From an uncultured Thermoanaerobaculia bacterium (GTDB lineage Bacteria > Acidobacteriota > Thermoanaerobaculia > Multivoradales > CAZRFU01), in contig CAZRFU010000016.1 in assembly GCA_964599475.1 (NCBI GenBank), forward strand, positions 17,619-81,618: DNA of 64,000 nt, read 5' to 3'. Shown piece by piece: positions 47,972-58,784 of the stretch. A model generated the notes under the pieces. The model was not told where the DNA came from. It saw only the letters and a program-made list of their open reading frames with translations, and ran no database searches. The position numbers and the translations under genes were made by a program. Position 1 is the stretch's first letter; the number at the start of each line of letters is the position of its first letter.

Positions 47972-49138
47972 ATGCGGATCCTGCACACCGCCGATTGGCA
48001 CCTCGGTCGGCGCCTCGGCCGTTTCGACCGCGACGACGATTTTCGCGCGGCGCTCGACCAGGTGGTCGAGCACGCCGACAACACCCGCGCCGATGTCGTC
48101 CTGGTTGCCGGCGATCTGCTCGAGAGCGCACGCCCCACGGTCGAAGCGCTCCGTCTAATGCTCGAGACCCTCGAGCGCCTCGCAGCGGACGGCAGACAGG
48201 TCGTCGCCATCGCGGGGAACCACGATCCCCCGGCGATGTTCGAGTTGCTCGCTCCGCTGCTGCCCTCGCGTCGCATCCACCTGGTGGGCGAGGTCAAGCG
48301 CCCCGACGACGGCGGCATCGTCGACCTCGTGGTCGGCGAGGAACGTCTCGCCGTCGGCTGTCTGCCGTTCTTGCGCGAGGGACGGGTCGTCGACTTCACC
48401 AGCGCCAGCGGCCGCTGGCACGGCGCCTACGCCGACCGCCTGCGCCGGGTCGCGGAGGCCTACTCGAAGGCCCTCGTCGACCGCGGCCCCGACGTCGTCA
48501 AGGTGCTGATGGCGCACTTCCTGATCGACGGCGTGTTGCTCGGCCGCGGCGACGCCGCCGGACAACCGCGAGGCGAGCGGCCGCTGCACCTCGGACAGGC
48601 CTGGGCAGCCACCCACCAGGCGATCCCAACCGGCCCCCACTACGTTGCCCTGGGACACATCCACGCACCTCAAAGTGCTCCCAATTCGCCGATTCCGGCC
48701 GAGTACGCCGGCTCCCTGCTCGAGCTCGACTTCGGCGAAGCAGGTGAAGCCAAGCGTGTGGTCCTGGTCGACGCCGCCCCCGGCAAACCGGTGCACCTCG
48801 AAACGCTGCCGGTTTGCGCCGGCAAGCCACTGCGGCGCGTGATCGGCAGCTGGGCCGCGATCGAGGCGCAACGCGAAGCCCTCGCCGATGTCTGGCTCGA
48901 TCTGGTGGTCAAGACCAACGGCCCGGAGCCCGGCCTGGCAGACCGAGCTCGCGAGCTCTTCCCCTTCCTGGTCAAGGTCCGAGCCGACTACGGCCGAACG
49001 CTGCCGCAGACCACGCCCCAAGCTGGGCGGAGCTGGGACGAGTTGTGGTCGGAGTGGCGCCTCGGCGAAGGTCGACCACGACCGAGCCCGGCCGAGCTCG
49101 CGGCCTTCCGCGAGTTGCTCGAGGAGGTCCGGGAGTGA
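47972..49138 (+). CDS. sbcD: Exonuclease SbcD (Mre11 family)
   Basis: MRILHTADWHLG, VLVAGDL and IAGNHD phosphoesterase motifs. Confidence 0.92.
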   Translation: MRILHTADWHLGRRLGRFDRDDDFRAALDQVVEHADNTRADVVLVAGDLLESARPTVEALRLMLETLERLAADGRQVVAIAGNHDPPAMFELLAPLLPSRRIHLVGEVKRPDDGGIVDLVVGEERLAVGCLPFLREGRVVDFTSASGRWHGAYADRLRRVAEAYSKALVDRGPDVVKVLMAHFLIDGVLLGRGDAAGQPRGERPLHLGQAWAATHQAIPTGPHYVALGHIHAPQSAPNSPIPAEYAGSLLELDFGEAGEAKRVVLVDAAPGKPVHLETLPVCAGKPLRRVIGSWAAIEAQREALADVWLDLVVKTNGPEPGLADRARELFPFLVKVRADYGRTLPQTTPQAGRSWDELWSEWRLGEGRPRPSPAELAAFRELLEEVRE

Positions 49139-51501
49139 GGCCCCTCGAGCTGGTCTTGGAAGGCTTTCGATCCTGGGGAGATCGGGCGACGTTCGATTTC
49201 CGCAATCGTCACCTGGTCGCAATCGTCGGGCCGATCGGCAGCGGCAAGAGCTCCTTGCTCGACGCCATCGCCTTCGCCCTGTACGCGCGCACGCCCCGAA
49301 TCGAGAAGGAAGTGGCCGCGCTGATCCGCCACGGCTGCGACGAGGCACGGGTCGAGCTGCTGTTTGAAGCCGGTGGCTCAGCCTACCGCGCCATTCGCGT
49401 GATCAAGCGCAAGGGCGCCAATCAACATGCGCTGTGGCGTTACGCCGACGACGCCGGAGCCGGTGAGCCGATCGAGCGGCTCGATCGTGCGCGGGAAATC
49501 GACGAGCGGCTTCACCAGGTGGTGGGGCTCGACTTCACCGCCTTCTGCCGCTCGGTACTGCTCGCCCAGAACCAGTTTGCACGGTTCCTCGAGGCGCCGC
49601 CGGCCGAACGCGACGCCGTGCTCAAGGGCCTTTTCGGCTTCGAGCGACTGGACGCGATGCGCGAGCTCGCTCGGCAACGGGAAGAACGCTGCAAGGCCGA
49701 GCTCGGCGGGCTCGAGCGCCGCCTGTCCGAGCTGAGCCAGCTGGAGCAGCAGCTTCCCGGTCTCGAAGCCCGCACCGCAGCGGCGGCAGCTCGTGTCGCC
49801 CAGTTGCGCCAGGCAGCGCCCGACTTCGAGCGGATCCAAGCCGCCCGCCAGGAAGCAAACGAGCTCGAACAGCAGACCCGCAAGGCGCGGCAGGGTCTCG
49901 CCGCGATCGAACGCGATCTCCCACCGCCGCAACAGGTCACCGACCTCGCCTCGGGCGCCGCACGGCGCCAAGCAACCCTCGACCAGACCAACCGAGCGCT
50001 GGCGCAGATCGAGGCGGCTCTGCTGCGCTGCGAAGAAGCCGAAGCGACGACCCTCACCGCCATCGCGGCCCAGACCTCGGCCCTGCACCACCTCGGCCTC
50101 GAACGCGCCGAAGACTCGCTGCGCGCTGCCATCGCCGCCGACCACGACTGCCGCGCCGCACTCACCGCGGCCGAGGAGAAGCTCGAGCGCGCGAGAGAGA
50201 CACTGCGCCGCACCGAGCACGGGCAGTACGCCGCCCTGCTGCGAGAAGACCTCGAGCACGGCCAGCCGTGCCCGGTCTGCGACCAGCCGGTGCCGGTGGT
50301 CCCGCAGGCGCGCCCGGTCCCCGAGCTGGACCATGCCCGCACCCAGAGGACGCTGGCCGAGAACGAGCGGGCCCTCCGGGCCCAGGCCCTGGAGCGCGCT
50401 CACCGCGAGGCCGCCGCCGCCGAGGCCAAACGCAACGCAGCACAGTCCGCGCTCGAGGCGTGGCAGGCCTCGAACCCCGACGTGGTAGCGAGCGCTGATC
50501 CCGATCCGCAGGCCGCCCGTGCCGCCGCTACTGCCGACCTCGAGCAGATCCGCCGCGAGCGCGCCGCTCTGCGCCTCGATCGAGACCGAGCCCGGACGCG
50601 CCTCGCCGAAGCCCAGGCTGCGGTGGCCGGCATCGAAGCCGAGGTGTCCGAGCTCGTACGGCGCCTCGAACGGCTCGCCGGCAGACTCGACCTGGACCAG
50701 CTTCCGGAAGGCCTAGTAGCAGCTCGGACGCAGCTCCACGACGAGCTCGAGCGGCGCATCGCCGGAGCCGAGGCCACCATCGCGGAAACGAGGGCGGCCA
50801 CGGCCGCCCTGGACAGCCGGATCCTGGCGTTGTGCACCGCCGTGGGTCTCGAACCGACAACCTCCTTCGACGGGGCCCTGGCCGAGGCCGAGCGCTCCCT
50901 CACCCGCCACGAGACGGAGCTCGCAGCCCTGCGAGACCGACTCCGCGAAGCCGAGCTACGGCGCGGCGAGCTGGACCACTGGCGCGAACAGTTGTCGATC
51001 TGGAGTGGCCTGGCCGAGGACCTGCGCCCTTCGCGCCTGCTTCGTCACCTGCTCGACGAAGAGCGCCGGCGTTTGGCGGCAATCGCTGCAGAGCGCTTCG
51101 AAAACCTCTCAGGGGGCCGCTACCGGTTCAGCCCGGATGGCAGCTTCGCCGTCGTCGATCTCGCCAACGCCGAGGAGCTGCGCCGCCTCGACACCCTCTC
51201 CGGTGGCGAGACCTTCCTCGCCGCGCTGGCTCTCGCCCTGGCCCTTGCCGAGATCGTCGCCGGTGGTGGCGGACGCCTCGACGCGTTTTTCCTCGACGAG
51301 GGCTTCGGCAGCCTCGACCAGGAGCACCTGCGACTGGCCCTCGACGGCATCGAGCACCTCGTCGTCGATGCCCCTGGGCGTCTGGTGCTCCTGGTCAGCC
51401 ACGTGCCCGAGGTCCAGGAGCGCTTCGACGACGTCATCTCACTCGACCGCGAACCGCTCCAGGGCGCGTCGATCATCCGCTCCGGGGCGACGCCACCGTA
51501 G
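49135..51501 (+). CDS. sbcC: Exonuclease SbcC (Rad50 family)
   Basis: GTGA overlap with sbcD. Walker A GPIGSGKSS, long coiled coils, zinc hook CPVC, LSGGETF signature and Walker B FFLDEGFG. Confidence 0.92.
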   Translation: MRPLELVLEGFRSWGDRATFDFRNRHLVAIVGPIGSGKSSLLDAIAFALYARTPRIEKEVAALIRHGCDEARVELLFEAGGSAYRAIRVIKRKGANQHALWRYADDAGAGEPIERLDRAREIDERLHQVVGLDFTAFCRSVLLAQNQFARFLEAPPAERDAVLKGLFGFERLDAMRELARQREERCKAELGGLERRLSELSQLEQQLPGLEARTAAAAARVAQLRQAAPDFERIQAARQEANELEQQTRKARQGLAAIERDLPPPQQVTDLASGAARRQATLDQTNRALAQIEAALLRCEEAEATTLTAIAAQTSALHHLGLERAEDSLRAAIAADHDCRAALTAAEEKLERARETLRRTEHGQYAALLREDLEHGQPCPVCDQPVPVVPQARPVPELDHARTQRTLAENERALRAQALERAHREAAAAEAKRNAAQSALEAWQASNPDVVASADPDPQAARAAATADLEQIRRERAALRLDRDRARTRLAEAQAAVAGIEAEVSELVRRLERLAGRLDLDQLPEGLVAARTQLHDELERRIAGAEATIAETRAATAALDSRILALCTAVGLEPTTSFDGALAEAERSLTRHETELAALRDRLREAELRRGELDHWREQLSIWSGLAEDLRPSRLLRHLLDEERRRLAAIAAERFENLSGGRYRFSPDGSFAVVDLANAEELRRLDTLSGGETFLAALALALALAEIVAGGGGRLDAFFLDEGFGSLDQEHLRLALDGIEHLVVDAPGRLVLLVSHVPEVQERFDDVISLDREPLQGASIIRSGATPP

Positions 51502-51512
51502 CAGCCCGTGGT

Positions 51513-51533
51513 GCGCCCCGGGTCCCGGGTCCC
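51513..51533. repeat. Short heptad array GCGCCCC GGGTCCC GGGTCCC
   Basis: Lies in the 36-nt gap between the convergent stops of sbcC and the 51538 gene. Same GGGWCCC heptad as at 16.7 kb and 35.6 kb. Confidence 0.7.
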
Positions 51534-51537
51534 TGAG

Positions 51538-51948
51538 CTAGCCTTCCGGCTTCGGGTCGCCGCCGGCCTCGGAATCGCTCTCGGTGCCGTCCGCTTCGTC
51601 GACGATCTTGGGAGCGGCTCGGAAGACCGGAGTGAAACGCTCGCGGATGCCGTCGAGGGAGATGCTCTCGACGTAGTACCAATAGGCGCGGCGCGGATCG
51701 ATGGTGCGATCGACGAAGACGTAGGCCTGTGGTTCGTCGACGGTTCCGGCGCCGGGAATCGGCGTTTCGGTGAGGCGCTCGAACGGGCCTTCTTCGGCGT
51801 CGCCGCGGTAGACGTCGAAGCCGAAGTTCTCGACCTCACTCGCGGTCTTCCACTTGAGCGTGTTGGTGTACTCGGTCACCTCGTCTGCGACCGCCGAGGC
51901 GGCGCTCAGCAGCCCGAGCGCGAGCAGGGCCAGGAACTTGTTGCGCAT
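51538..51948 (-). CDS. Small secreted protein with an FN3/Ig-like repeat
   Basis: Signal peptide MRNKFLALLALGLLSAASAVA. LKWKTASEVENFGFDVYRG......YVFVD....YWYYV pattern. TGATG coupling to the C25 peptidase gene. Confidence 0.7.
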   Translation of the reverse strand: MRNKFLALLALGLLSAASAVADEVTEYTNTLKWKTASEVENFGFDVYRGDAEEGPFERLTETPIPGAGTVDEPQAYVFVDRTIDPRRAYWYYVESISLDGIRERFTPVFRAAPKIVDEADGTESDSEAGGDPKPEG

Positions 51949-54491
51949 CAGTTGCTCTCCTTGGGTGCCAGCTCGGCCACGGCCTCGGCTGGTGTTTCTC
52001 GAAGATCGAGCGCTCCGGCCGCGTCGCGCCTCGCCGCTTCGTTCCAGGCGTAGACCCCGACCCGCTCCGCCGAGATTGCCTGAGGCAGGCGCCATACGAC
52101 CGGGCTCGGATCCTGCAATTCCTCGCGCGCCAGCACATTCCCGCTCGCGTCGAAGGCTTCGAACAACACCCGCGTCCCGGGCTCTTGCCAGGGCACATCG
52201 ACGCGGATGTCGTCGGCGACGAGGGCCGGGTGCAGAGTGTCGGCCGGTCTCGCCAGCGGCAACGCGGGATCCCCGATCAGGTTGAACATCATCACGAAGG
52301 CCTTGTTGCGCGAGAACTCAGCCTTGGTCACCCGCAGGGCTTCGCCCAACGAGTCTTCCTCGAGCAGGCCATTCATCAGTCTCTCGCTGACCCGTTGCGA
52401 CGGCGAGTAGCGCCAGGAGGCCCCGAAGACTGCAATCGCGCCTCGATCCGGAAGTCGCAGGAAGCGCTCCCCGATCGAATCCGCGGTCGGGTGGTCAAAC
52501 GGCGCGGAGTAGCACGTCATGCTCAGGATCACGGGCAGCTTGTCGTTGGGCGCGAGCGCATCGAGGTCGTCGAGGGTGAAGAGATCGTGGTTCTTGCGCG
52601 GGTCGGGCGGCCCCGTGCGCCAGATGAAACGCCCGCCGTGGCCGACGAAGTGCACCATCAGCTGCCCCTCGTCGATCGCCTGGCGAATTGCGCCCTGGTG
52701 CAACTCGTTGGAGGCTTCCTCGGGCTTGGGGTAGATCTTCGACCCGCCGAGGCCGCGCTCGGCCATCGCGCCGGCAAGGTTGTCGGTCTGCCGCTGGAAC
52801 CCAGCCTCCTCGTTGACCAGCCACAAGACATGGCGGCGCCACGGCCCGACCGGCGGCCCGGCGAGATAACCACGGATCTTCGAGACGATCCCCCGCACCT
52901 CGTCCGGCTCGCTCACCGGCAGGCGACCGATCGCCATCTCCGGACTGCCGTCCTCGTCGAAGTCGACGAAGTAGTGGTCGGATGCGGCGTGGCCGTCGGA
53001 ACTTGCCCAGCGGTAGGTCGGGATCAGATTGCGATGGCCTAGGGTTGGTCGCCGCGGGTGTGGGGTCGCGGGAATCTTGTTGAAGCCCTCGCGCTCGAAT
53101 GTGGCCCAGGTCATGTCGGCGTAGCGCTGGTCGTCGAGCTCCTCGTTGCGAGCGTCCCAGCTCGCATCACCCACCAGCAGCACGAAGCGTGGCACGGGCG
53201 CAACCCAGGATGTCGCGGTGTGGTGCAGGAACGACCGAATCGCTTTGGGATCGACGACGCCGAAGGAGAACTCATCGAAGATCTCCTCGACATCGACGAC
53301 CTCGACACTCAGCCCGCGACGCCGATGGACATCGGCGAGGTGTTCGGTCTCGAGCCGCAGGCTCGGATGGGTGATCATCAGGTAGTCGGCCTGACGCGAA
53401 CGGCTGCGCAGATCCGAAGGCTGATCGAGCTCGACCACCGCGGGGCGGTGGAAGGCCCCGTCACGAACCACCCAGACCGAGGCTTCCGGGGTGCGAAACG
53501 TCACACCGAACTGCTCGCGACGCGGCACGCCCGCGGCACGCTGCGTGGCCCCGAAGACGGCGATCCGCTCCGCCTCCCGCACCATGAAGTCGAGCGATCG
53601 GCAGCTCTCGTCCGCGCGAGCAAAAAGCTCGCGCTGGGCGTATCGCACCGAGCGATCGTGCGGGTAGCTCAGCTCGATCCAGTTCAGCAGCGAGACGTCG
53701 ACGATCGGGTTGTCCTTCTCGTCCATGCGGCGGGGCGAGGTCACGCTGAGCTTCACCTGCTCCGGCAGCTCGGCCGCCGGGCGGCGCAGCACGAACTCGG
53801 CCAGCTCCTGACCCTCGAACTCGACTCGGGCCTGCTCGGCACCGTCGAGGGCAGCCGTGACGATGTGAGTCGGTTCCCCCTCCGCCAACCGCGGAGTCGA
53901 CCAGCCCCGCAGCTGACCGGTGATCGTCAGGGGCTGAGCAGACGAGCGATCGAGATCTGCCAGCTCGAGCGGGAGCTCGAACTGATCCTGGGGGAAAAAC
54001 GACACCCGCGACCACATCCACGGCTCGATGTCGCCGAGGCGCGGAGCAAACCGCAGGAGCAACCGGTCCTCCTCGAGATGCTGACGCACCTCGAGCGCAC
54101 AGGACTTGCCCGATGCTTTGGCGGGTACGTCGACGTAGCGCAACCCGCCACCACCGAGCCGGACCCAATAGACCGCCCACGCAGTCTCCTCGGCAAACCA
54201 GCTGCGCTCACCCGGCAGGTGCCGACCGACCAGCTCGATCGCATCACCCGGGCCAAAGAACCCGTCCTCGCCGCCGCGAACGTGGATCGGCACCGGCTCG
54301 CCCAGACTGTCGACGCCGAGCTCGTCGGTGGGGATCGGTTGGCCTTGCCACCCCGCCGCGGTCAGATCCTCGAAGCTCACGGCGTACACCCCGGACTCGC
54401 GCAGCAGCACCTTGAACGAGGGTGTCGCGGCGATGGCGACAGCGGCACTGACCCACGAGGTGACGGCGAAAGCGGCGACGGCGAGACGCAT
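51948..54491 (-). CDS. Peptidase C25 (gingipain-like) family protein
   Basis: Signal peptide. DYLMITHP...FVLLVGDASWD, a catalytic-type His in HFVGHGG and Cys in ILSMTCYSAPF. Confidence 0.8.
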   Translation of the reverse strand: MRLAVAAFAVTSWVSAAVAIAATPSFKVLLRESGVYAVSFEDLTAAGWQGQPIPTDELGVDSLGEPVPIHVRGGEDGFFGPGDAIELVGRHLPGERSWFAEETAWAVYWVRLGGGGLRYVDVPAKASGKSCALEVRQHLEEDRLLLRFAPRLGDIEPWMWSRVSFFPQDQFELPLELADLDRSSAQPLTITGQLRGWSTPRLAEGEPTHIVTAALDGAEQARVEFEGQELAEFVLRRPAAELPEQVKLSVTSPRRMDEKDNPIVDVSLLNWIELSYPHDRSVRYAQRELFARADESCRSLDFMVREAERIAVFGATQRAAGVPRREQFGVTFRTPEASVWVVRDGAFHRPAVVELDQPSDLRSRSRQADYLMITHPSLRLETEHLADVHRRRGLSVEVVDVEEIFDEFSFGVVDPKAIRSFLHHTATSWVAPVPRFVLLVGDASWDARNEELDDQRYADMTWATFEREGFNKIPATPHPRRPTLGHRNLIPTYRWASSDGHAASDHYFVDFDEDGSPEMAIGRLPVSEPDEVRGIVSKIRGYLAGPPVGPWRRHVLWLVNEEAGFQRQTDNLAGAMAERGLGGSKIYPKPEEASNELHQGAIRQAIDEGQLMVHFVGHGGRFIWRTGPPDPRKNHDLFTLDDLDALAPNDKLPVILSMTCYSAPFDHPTADSIGERFLRLPDRGAIAVFGASWRYSPSQRVSERLMNGLLEEDSLGEALRVTKAEFSRNKAFVMMFNLIGDPALPLARPADTLHPALVADDIRVDVPWQEPGTRVLFEAFDASGNVLAREELQDPSPVVWRLPQAISAERVGVYAWNEAARRDAAGALDLRETPAEAVAELAPKESN

Positions 54492-54574
54492 CCGGCGACT
54501 TTAGCAGGTGCCCTGTATTGCTCCGCCTGGCCCCACCAACCGCCGCCACACCAGGCGTCCGACGAAGGAGCGGA

Positions 54575-57500
54575 TCACACCCACTCGGCGCACAGCAGTT
54601 CCGCCTGGGCCAGCACCGTCTTGACCGCTTGGTCCTGGAGATCCGGCGGGTAGCCCCAACGATTGAGGATGCGTTTGACCATCACCCGCATGCGTGCGCG
54701 GGCGCTTTCGCGGACGGTCCAGTCGATGGTGGCGCTCTTCCTCACCTGGGTGATCAGCTCGGCGGCGATCGCGCGCAACTTCTCGTCACCCATCGCCTGC
54801 ACCGCGCTGTCGTTGGTGGCGAGCGCGTCGTAGAAGGCGATCTCGTCGTCGCTGAGACCGAGCGCTTCGCCGCGTTTCCCGGCGGCTTCGAGGTCCTTGG
54901 CGAGCTTGATCAGCTCTTCGATGACTTCCATCGTCGAGATCGCGCGGTTGTGGTACTTGTTCAGCGTTTCCTTGAGCTTTTCGCTGAAGACCTGGCTCTC
55001 GACCAAGTTGCGCTTGCCGCGCACCTTGAGCTCGTCTTCGAGCAGCTTGCGCAGGAGCTCGGCGGCGACGTTCTTGTGCTGCAGGCCGCGGACCTCGGCG
55101 AGGAACTGGTCGCTCAAGATCGAGATGTCGGGTTTCTGCAGACCGGCGGCGGTGAACACGTCGATCACTTGGCCGTCGGTGGTGATCGCCTTGCTCACCA
55201 ACTGGCGGATCGCCGCGTCGATCTGTTCGGGGGTCTTGCCGCTCCCTGAGCCACCCTTGGCGAAGGCCGCTTGCAGCGCCTGGAAGAACGACACGTCGTC
55301 GCGGATCGTCGTCGCCTCGTCGGTTGCCGCCGCGAGCGCGAAGGCACGCGAGAGCTCCATCACCACCCTGGCCCACCGTTGTTGACCGTCCGGCTGCGCC
55401 AGGATGTGCTCGCGGCCGGCGGGAATCAACGCGAGGCGTTCGCTCGGCGAGCCGCTGATCCAGCGGCTCCAATCGAAGCCGTTCAGCATCGAGCAGGCGA
55501 CCTCGTGCTTCTCGAGCATCACCGCAATCGCGGCAGCCGTGTCGAAGGTCGGATCACCCTTGCCGCCGCTTTCGGTGTAGGTCGCCAGTGCCCGTTTGAG
55601 CTGATCCGCGAGCCCGAGGTAGTCGACCACCAGGCCGCCGGGCTTGTCGCGAAACACCCGATTCACTCGTGCGATCGCCTGCATCAGGCCGTGGCCGTGC
55701 ATCGGCTTGTCGACGTACATGGTGTGCAGACACGGCGCATCGAAGCCGGTCAGCCACATGTCGCGCACGATCACGATGCGGAAGGGATCTTTGGCGTCTT
55801 TGAAGCGCGTCGCCATCCGCCGCCGACGGTCTTTGCTGCGGATGTGCGGTTGCCACGCAGGGCCGTCGTCGGCGCTGCCGGTCATCACCACCTTGACCAC
55901 ACAGCTGCGGTCCTTTTCGGCCTCGGCATCGTCGCCGACACTCGCCCATTCGGGGCGAAGCGCGATCAGCGCGTCGTAGAGGTCGACGCAGATGCGCCGG
56001 CTCATGCACACCACCATCGCCTTGCCGTCCATCGCCTCGAGGCGCTTCTCGAAGTGCGCCACCAAGTCCGCCGCGATCAACGCGATGCGTTTCGGGTCGC
56101 CGACCAAGGCTTCGAGCGCCGCCCACTTGCTCTTGAGCTTCTCGCGGTGGGTCGGCTCTTCGCCCTCGGTGATCTCGTCAAACTCGTCGTCGAGCTTGGG
56201 GACCTCGGCGGCGTTGAGGCTGAGCTTCGAGATCCGGCTTTCGTAGTAGATCGGCACCGTCGCCTGATCCGCCACCGCTCGCTGGATGTCGTAGATCGAG
56301 ATGTAGTCGCCGAACACCACCCGCGTGTTGGCGTCGGCGAGCTCGATCGGGGTGCCGGTGAAGCCGATGTAGCAGGCGTTCGGCAGCGCGTCGCGCAGGT
56401 TGCTCGCAAAGCCGTACGACAACGCGCCGGTCTTGGGGTTGACCTTGGCGCCGAAGCCGTATTGGCTGCGGTGTGCTTCATCGGCGATCACCACGATGTT
56501 CTGCCGCGCACTCAGCACCGGCATGGCTTCGCCCTGCTCCGGCAGGAACTTGTGAATGGTGGTGAAGACCACGCCGCCGCTCGCGACCGTCAGGAGCTCG
56601 CGCAGCTGCTCACGGCTGCCGGCCTGCACCGGCGTCTGCCCGAGCACGTCGGCGCAGCGCTGGAACTGGCCGAAGAGCTGGTCGTCGAGGTCGTTGCGGT
56701 CGGTCAACACCACCAGCGTCGGGTTCTGCATCACCGGGTGGCGTACCACTCGTGCGGCGAAGAAGAGCATCGAAAAGCTCTTGCCGCTGCCCTGGGTGTG
56801 CCACACCACCCCGGCGCGGCGGTCGCCCGGCTGGCCGCCGCGCATCCGCCCGGCCCAATAGGTGCCCGGCGTTTCCTTCGCCTCGTCGGCTCGCGCCAAC
56901 CCACTCGCCCGCACCGTCTCCTCGACCGCGGCGTTGACCGCGTGGAACTGGTGGTAGCCGGCGATGATCTTGTGCAGCGCCCCCGAGTCCGGATCCTCCT
57001 CGAACACGATGAAGTGCTGCAGCAGCTCGAGGAAACGCCGCTGGTCGAACACTCCGCGGATCAACACCTCGAGCTCGAGCGCATTCGCCGGCGCGTCGCC
57101 CTCGCCGTCGACCGTGCGCCAGACCTTGAACCACTCCTGGTTCGCCGTGAGCGACCCCATCCGCGCCTGCAGTCCGTCACTCACCACCAACACCGCGTTG
57201 TACTGCAACAGCGACGGAATTTCGGCCTTGTAGGTCTGCACCTGCGCGTAGGCGCTCCAGATCGTCGCGTTTTCATCCGCCGCGTTCTTGAGCTCGATCA
57301 CGCCGAGCGGCAGCCCGTTGACGAACACCACCAGATCCGGCCGGCGGCTGTGCTGGCCCTCGATCACCGTGAACTGGTTCACCACCAGCCAGTCGTTGGC
57401 GGCGGAATCGGTGAAGTCGACCAGCCGCACGTGGTCGCCGGCGATCGACCCGTCCAGGCGGCGGTATTCCACCTGCACCCCGTTGCGCAGCAGCTTGTGG

Positions 57501-57763
57501 AAGGCACGGTTGGTCTGGATCAGCGACGGCGTGGCGATCCGCACCACCCGGCGCAGGGCATCCTCGCGAGCGTCCGCAGGGATCGTTGGGTTGAGCCGCG
57601 CAATAGCGTCCCGCAGCCGGCCGGCGAGCAAGACGTCGCCAAACGAATCCCTCTCCGCCGCCGGTTCGCCCGGCGCCAGGTGTGGCCCGTGGCCGACGGC
57701 GTAGCCGAGACCAGCAAACCAGTCGAGGGCGGCGGATTCGACGATGGATTCGTCGAGACTCAT
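54575..57763 (-). CDS. hsdR: Type I restriction enzyme R subunit
   Basis: PD-(D/E)xK nuclease region ([19 protein letters not shown]), SF2 motor motifs ([12 protein letters not shown]-like IADEAHRSQ) and a DUF3387-like C-terminus. 1062 aa. Confidence 0.95.
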   Translation of the reverse strand: MSLDESIVESAALDWFAGLGYAVGHGPHLAPGEPAAERDSFGDVLLAGRLRDAIARLNPTIPADAREDALRRVVRIATPSLIQTNRAFHKLLRNGVQVEYRRLDGSIAGDHVRLVDFTDSAANDWLVVNQFTVIEGQHSRRPDLVVFVNGLPLGVIELKNAADENATIWSAYAQVQTYKAEIPSLLQYNAVLVVSDGLQARMGSLTANQEWFKVWRTVDGEGDAPANALELEVLIRGVFDQRRFLELLQHFIVFEEDPDSGALHKIIAGYHQFHAVNAAVEETVRASGLARADEAKETPGTYWAGRMRGGQPGDRRAGVVWHTQGSGKSFSMLFFAARVVRHPVMQNPTLVVLTDRNDLDDQLFGQFQRCADVLGQTPVQAGSREQLRELLTVASGGVVFTTIHKFLPEQGEAMPVLSARQNIVVIADEAHRSQYGFGAKVNPKTGALSYGFASNLRDALPNACYIGFTGTPIELADANTRVVFGDYISIYDIQRAVADQATVPIYYESRISKLSLNAAEVPKLDDEFDEITEGEEPTHREKLKSKWAALEALVGDPKRIALIAADLVAHFEKRLEAMDGKAMVVCMSRRICVDLYDALIALRPEWASVGDDAEAEKDRSCVVKVVMTGSADDGPAWQPHIRSKDRRRRMATRFKDAKDPFRIVIVRDMWLTGFDAPCLHTMYVDKPMHGHGLMQAIARVNRVFRDKPGGLVVDYLGLADQLKRALATYTESGGKGDPTFDTAAAIAVMLEKHEVACSMLNGFDWSRWISGSPSERLALIPAGREHILAQPDGQQRWARVVMELSRAFALAAATDEATTIRDDVSFFQALQAAFAKGGSGSGKTPEQIDAAIRQLVSKAITTDGQVIDVFTAAGLQKPDISILSDQFLAEVRGLQHKNVAAELLRKLLEDELKVRGKRNLVESQVFSEKLKETLNKYHNRAISTMEVIEELIKLAKDLEAAGKRGEALGLSDDEIAFYDALATNDSAVQAMGDEKLRAIAAELITQVRKSATIDWTVRESARARMRVMVKRILNRWGYPPDLQDQAVKTVLAQAELLCAEWV

Positions 57764-57766
57764 CGG

Positions 57767-58219
57767 CTAGTCCCACACATACCGCTCGTCGAACTCGATG
57801 CCATACTTCTTCAGGAGGCGGCGGTACTCCTCTTGGAACGAGATCTTGCGATGATGCTGCGCCTGGCCGGCGAGGTATTTCTCGAGAGCAGCGCGATGGG
57901 AAGGACTGAGCGAAAACGCTCCGTAGCCGCTCTGCCAGTGAAAGTCCTGCGAGCCTGGGGCCTTGGATTTGAGCCACTTCGTCGATCCGGTCTTGATGAC
58001 CTGCACCAGGTCGGCCAGCGCCACCGTTCTCGGGTGCGCGACGAGGAGGTGGATGTGGTCCGCCACCGATCCCGCCGCCAGCAGCGTGCCCTGGTGGTTC
58101 AGGATGATGCCGCCGATGTAAGCGTGGAGCTCGTCGCGGATGTCGTCAGCCAGGCGCGGTTCGCGGTTCTTGGTCGAAAAGACCAAATGGACGAGGATCT
58201 GCGCGAGGGACTGTGGCAT
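57767..58219 (-). mobile_element. Y1 HUH transposase of the IS200 / REP-associated (RAYT) type
   Basis: ATG 58219 (MPQSLAQILVHLVFSTKNREP), HUH motif HIHLLV and a Tyr-containing WQSGYGAFS. Flanked by REP-like hairpin elements. Its stop lies 3 nt from the hsdR ATG. Confidence 0.85.
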
Positions 58220-58300
58220 GGCAAGCAAGCGCTCCGGCGTTTTCGGCCGAGTCTATCCGTCCCGACGGGCGCGGGTCCGCAAGTTGGCGATGGTCGCGCT

Positions 58301-58533
58301 CCGGGGCCCCAACGGGGCCCAATGAGATAGCCCAGGGCAACGCCCTGGGTAGGCAAGCCCCCGTCCCTTCCCAAGCCCTGAAAGGGCGAAACATCCCTCC
58401 GCGACGATCCTGCGCCGCAACCGCCCCGGAGTTCCGCCCTTTCAGGGCTCGGAACCAATGGGGGGTGCCGCGGTACCCAGGGTGTCGCTTCGCTCTACCC
58501 TGGGCTATCTCATCTCGCCCCTTTGGGGCTTCG
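58301..58533. repeat. Head-to-head pair of REP-like elements
   Basis: The forward unit (58301-58397) contains GGCCCCAACGGGGCCCAATGAGATAGCCCAGGGCAACGCCCTGGGT...GCCCTGAAAGGGCGAAAC. The inverted variant unit is at 58428-58533. Each has three GC-rich hairpins. Confidence 0.85.
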
Positions 58534-58687
58534 GATCGGCAGCCCGGCACCGGCGGGGCACCAGTGGATCGCCCCAACGACCGGCCCGCGATGCAGCACC
58601 CCGCCGTCGGGTCCCCGTGGCCCCAACCGGCACAGGTGGATCGCCCCAACGCCCGCCAGTGGCACGGCACCGCACGGATGCTCGGCT

Positions 58688-58784
58688 CCGGGGCCCCAAC
58701 GGGGCCCAATGAGATAGCCCAGGGCAACGCCCTGGGTTGGGCAAGCCGGTCCCATTCCCGAGCCCTGAAAGGGCGAAACATCCC
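58688..58784. repeat. REP-like element (forward unit, second copy)
   Basis: Nearly identical to 58301-58397 and 60300-60396. Shares a 25-nt 5' extension (GGCACCGCACGGATGCTCGGCTCCG) with the 60.3-kb copy. Confidence 0.85.

Noticed and set aside
55271-58330. 1019-aa plus-strand ORF
   Set aside because: It is antisense to hsdR and the Y1 transposase. It has no recognisable motifs and an Arg/Gly/Pro-rich composition.
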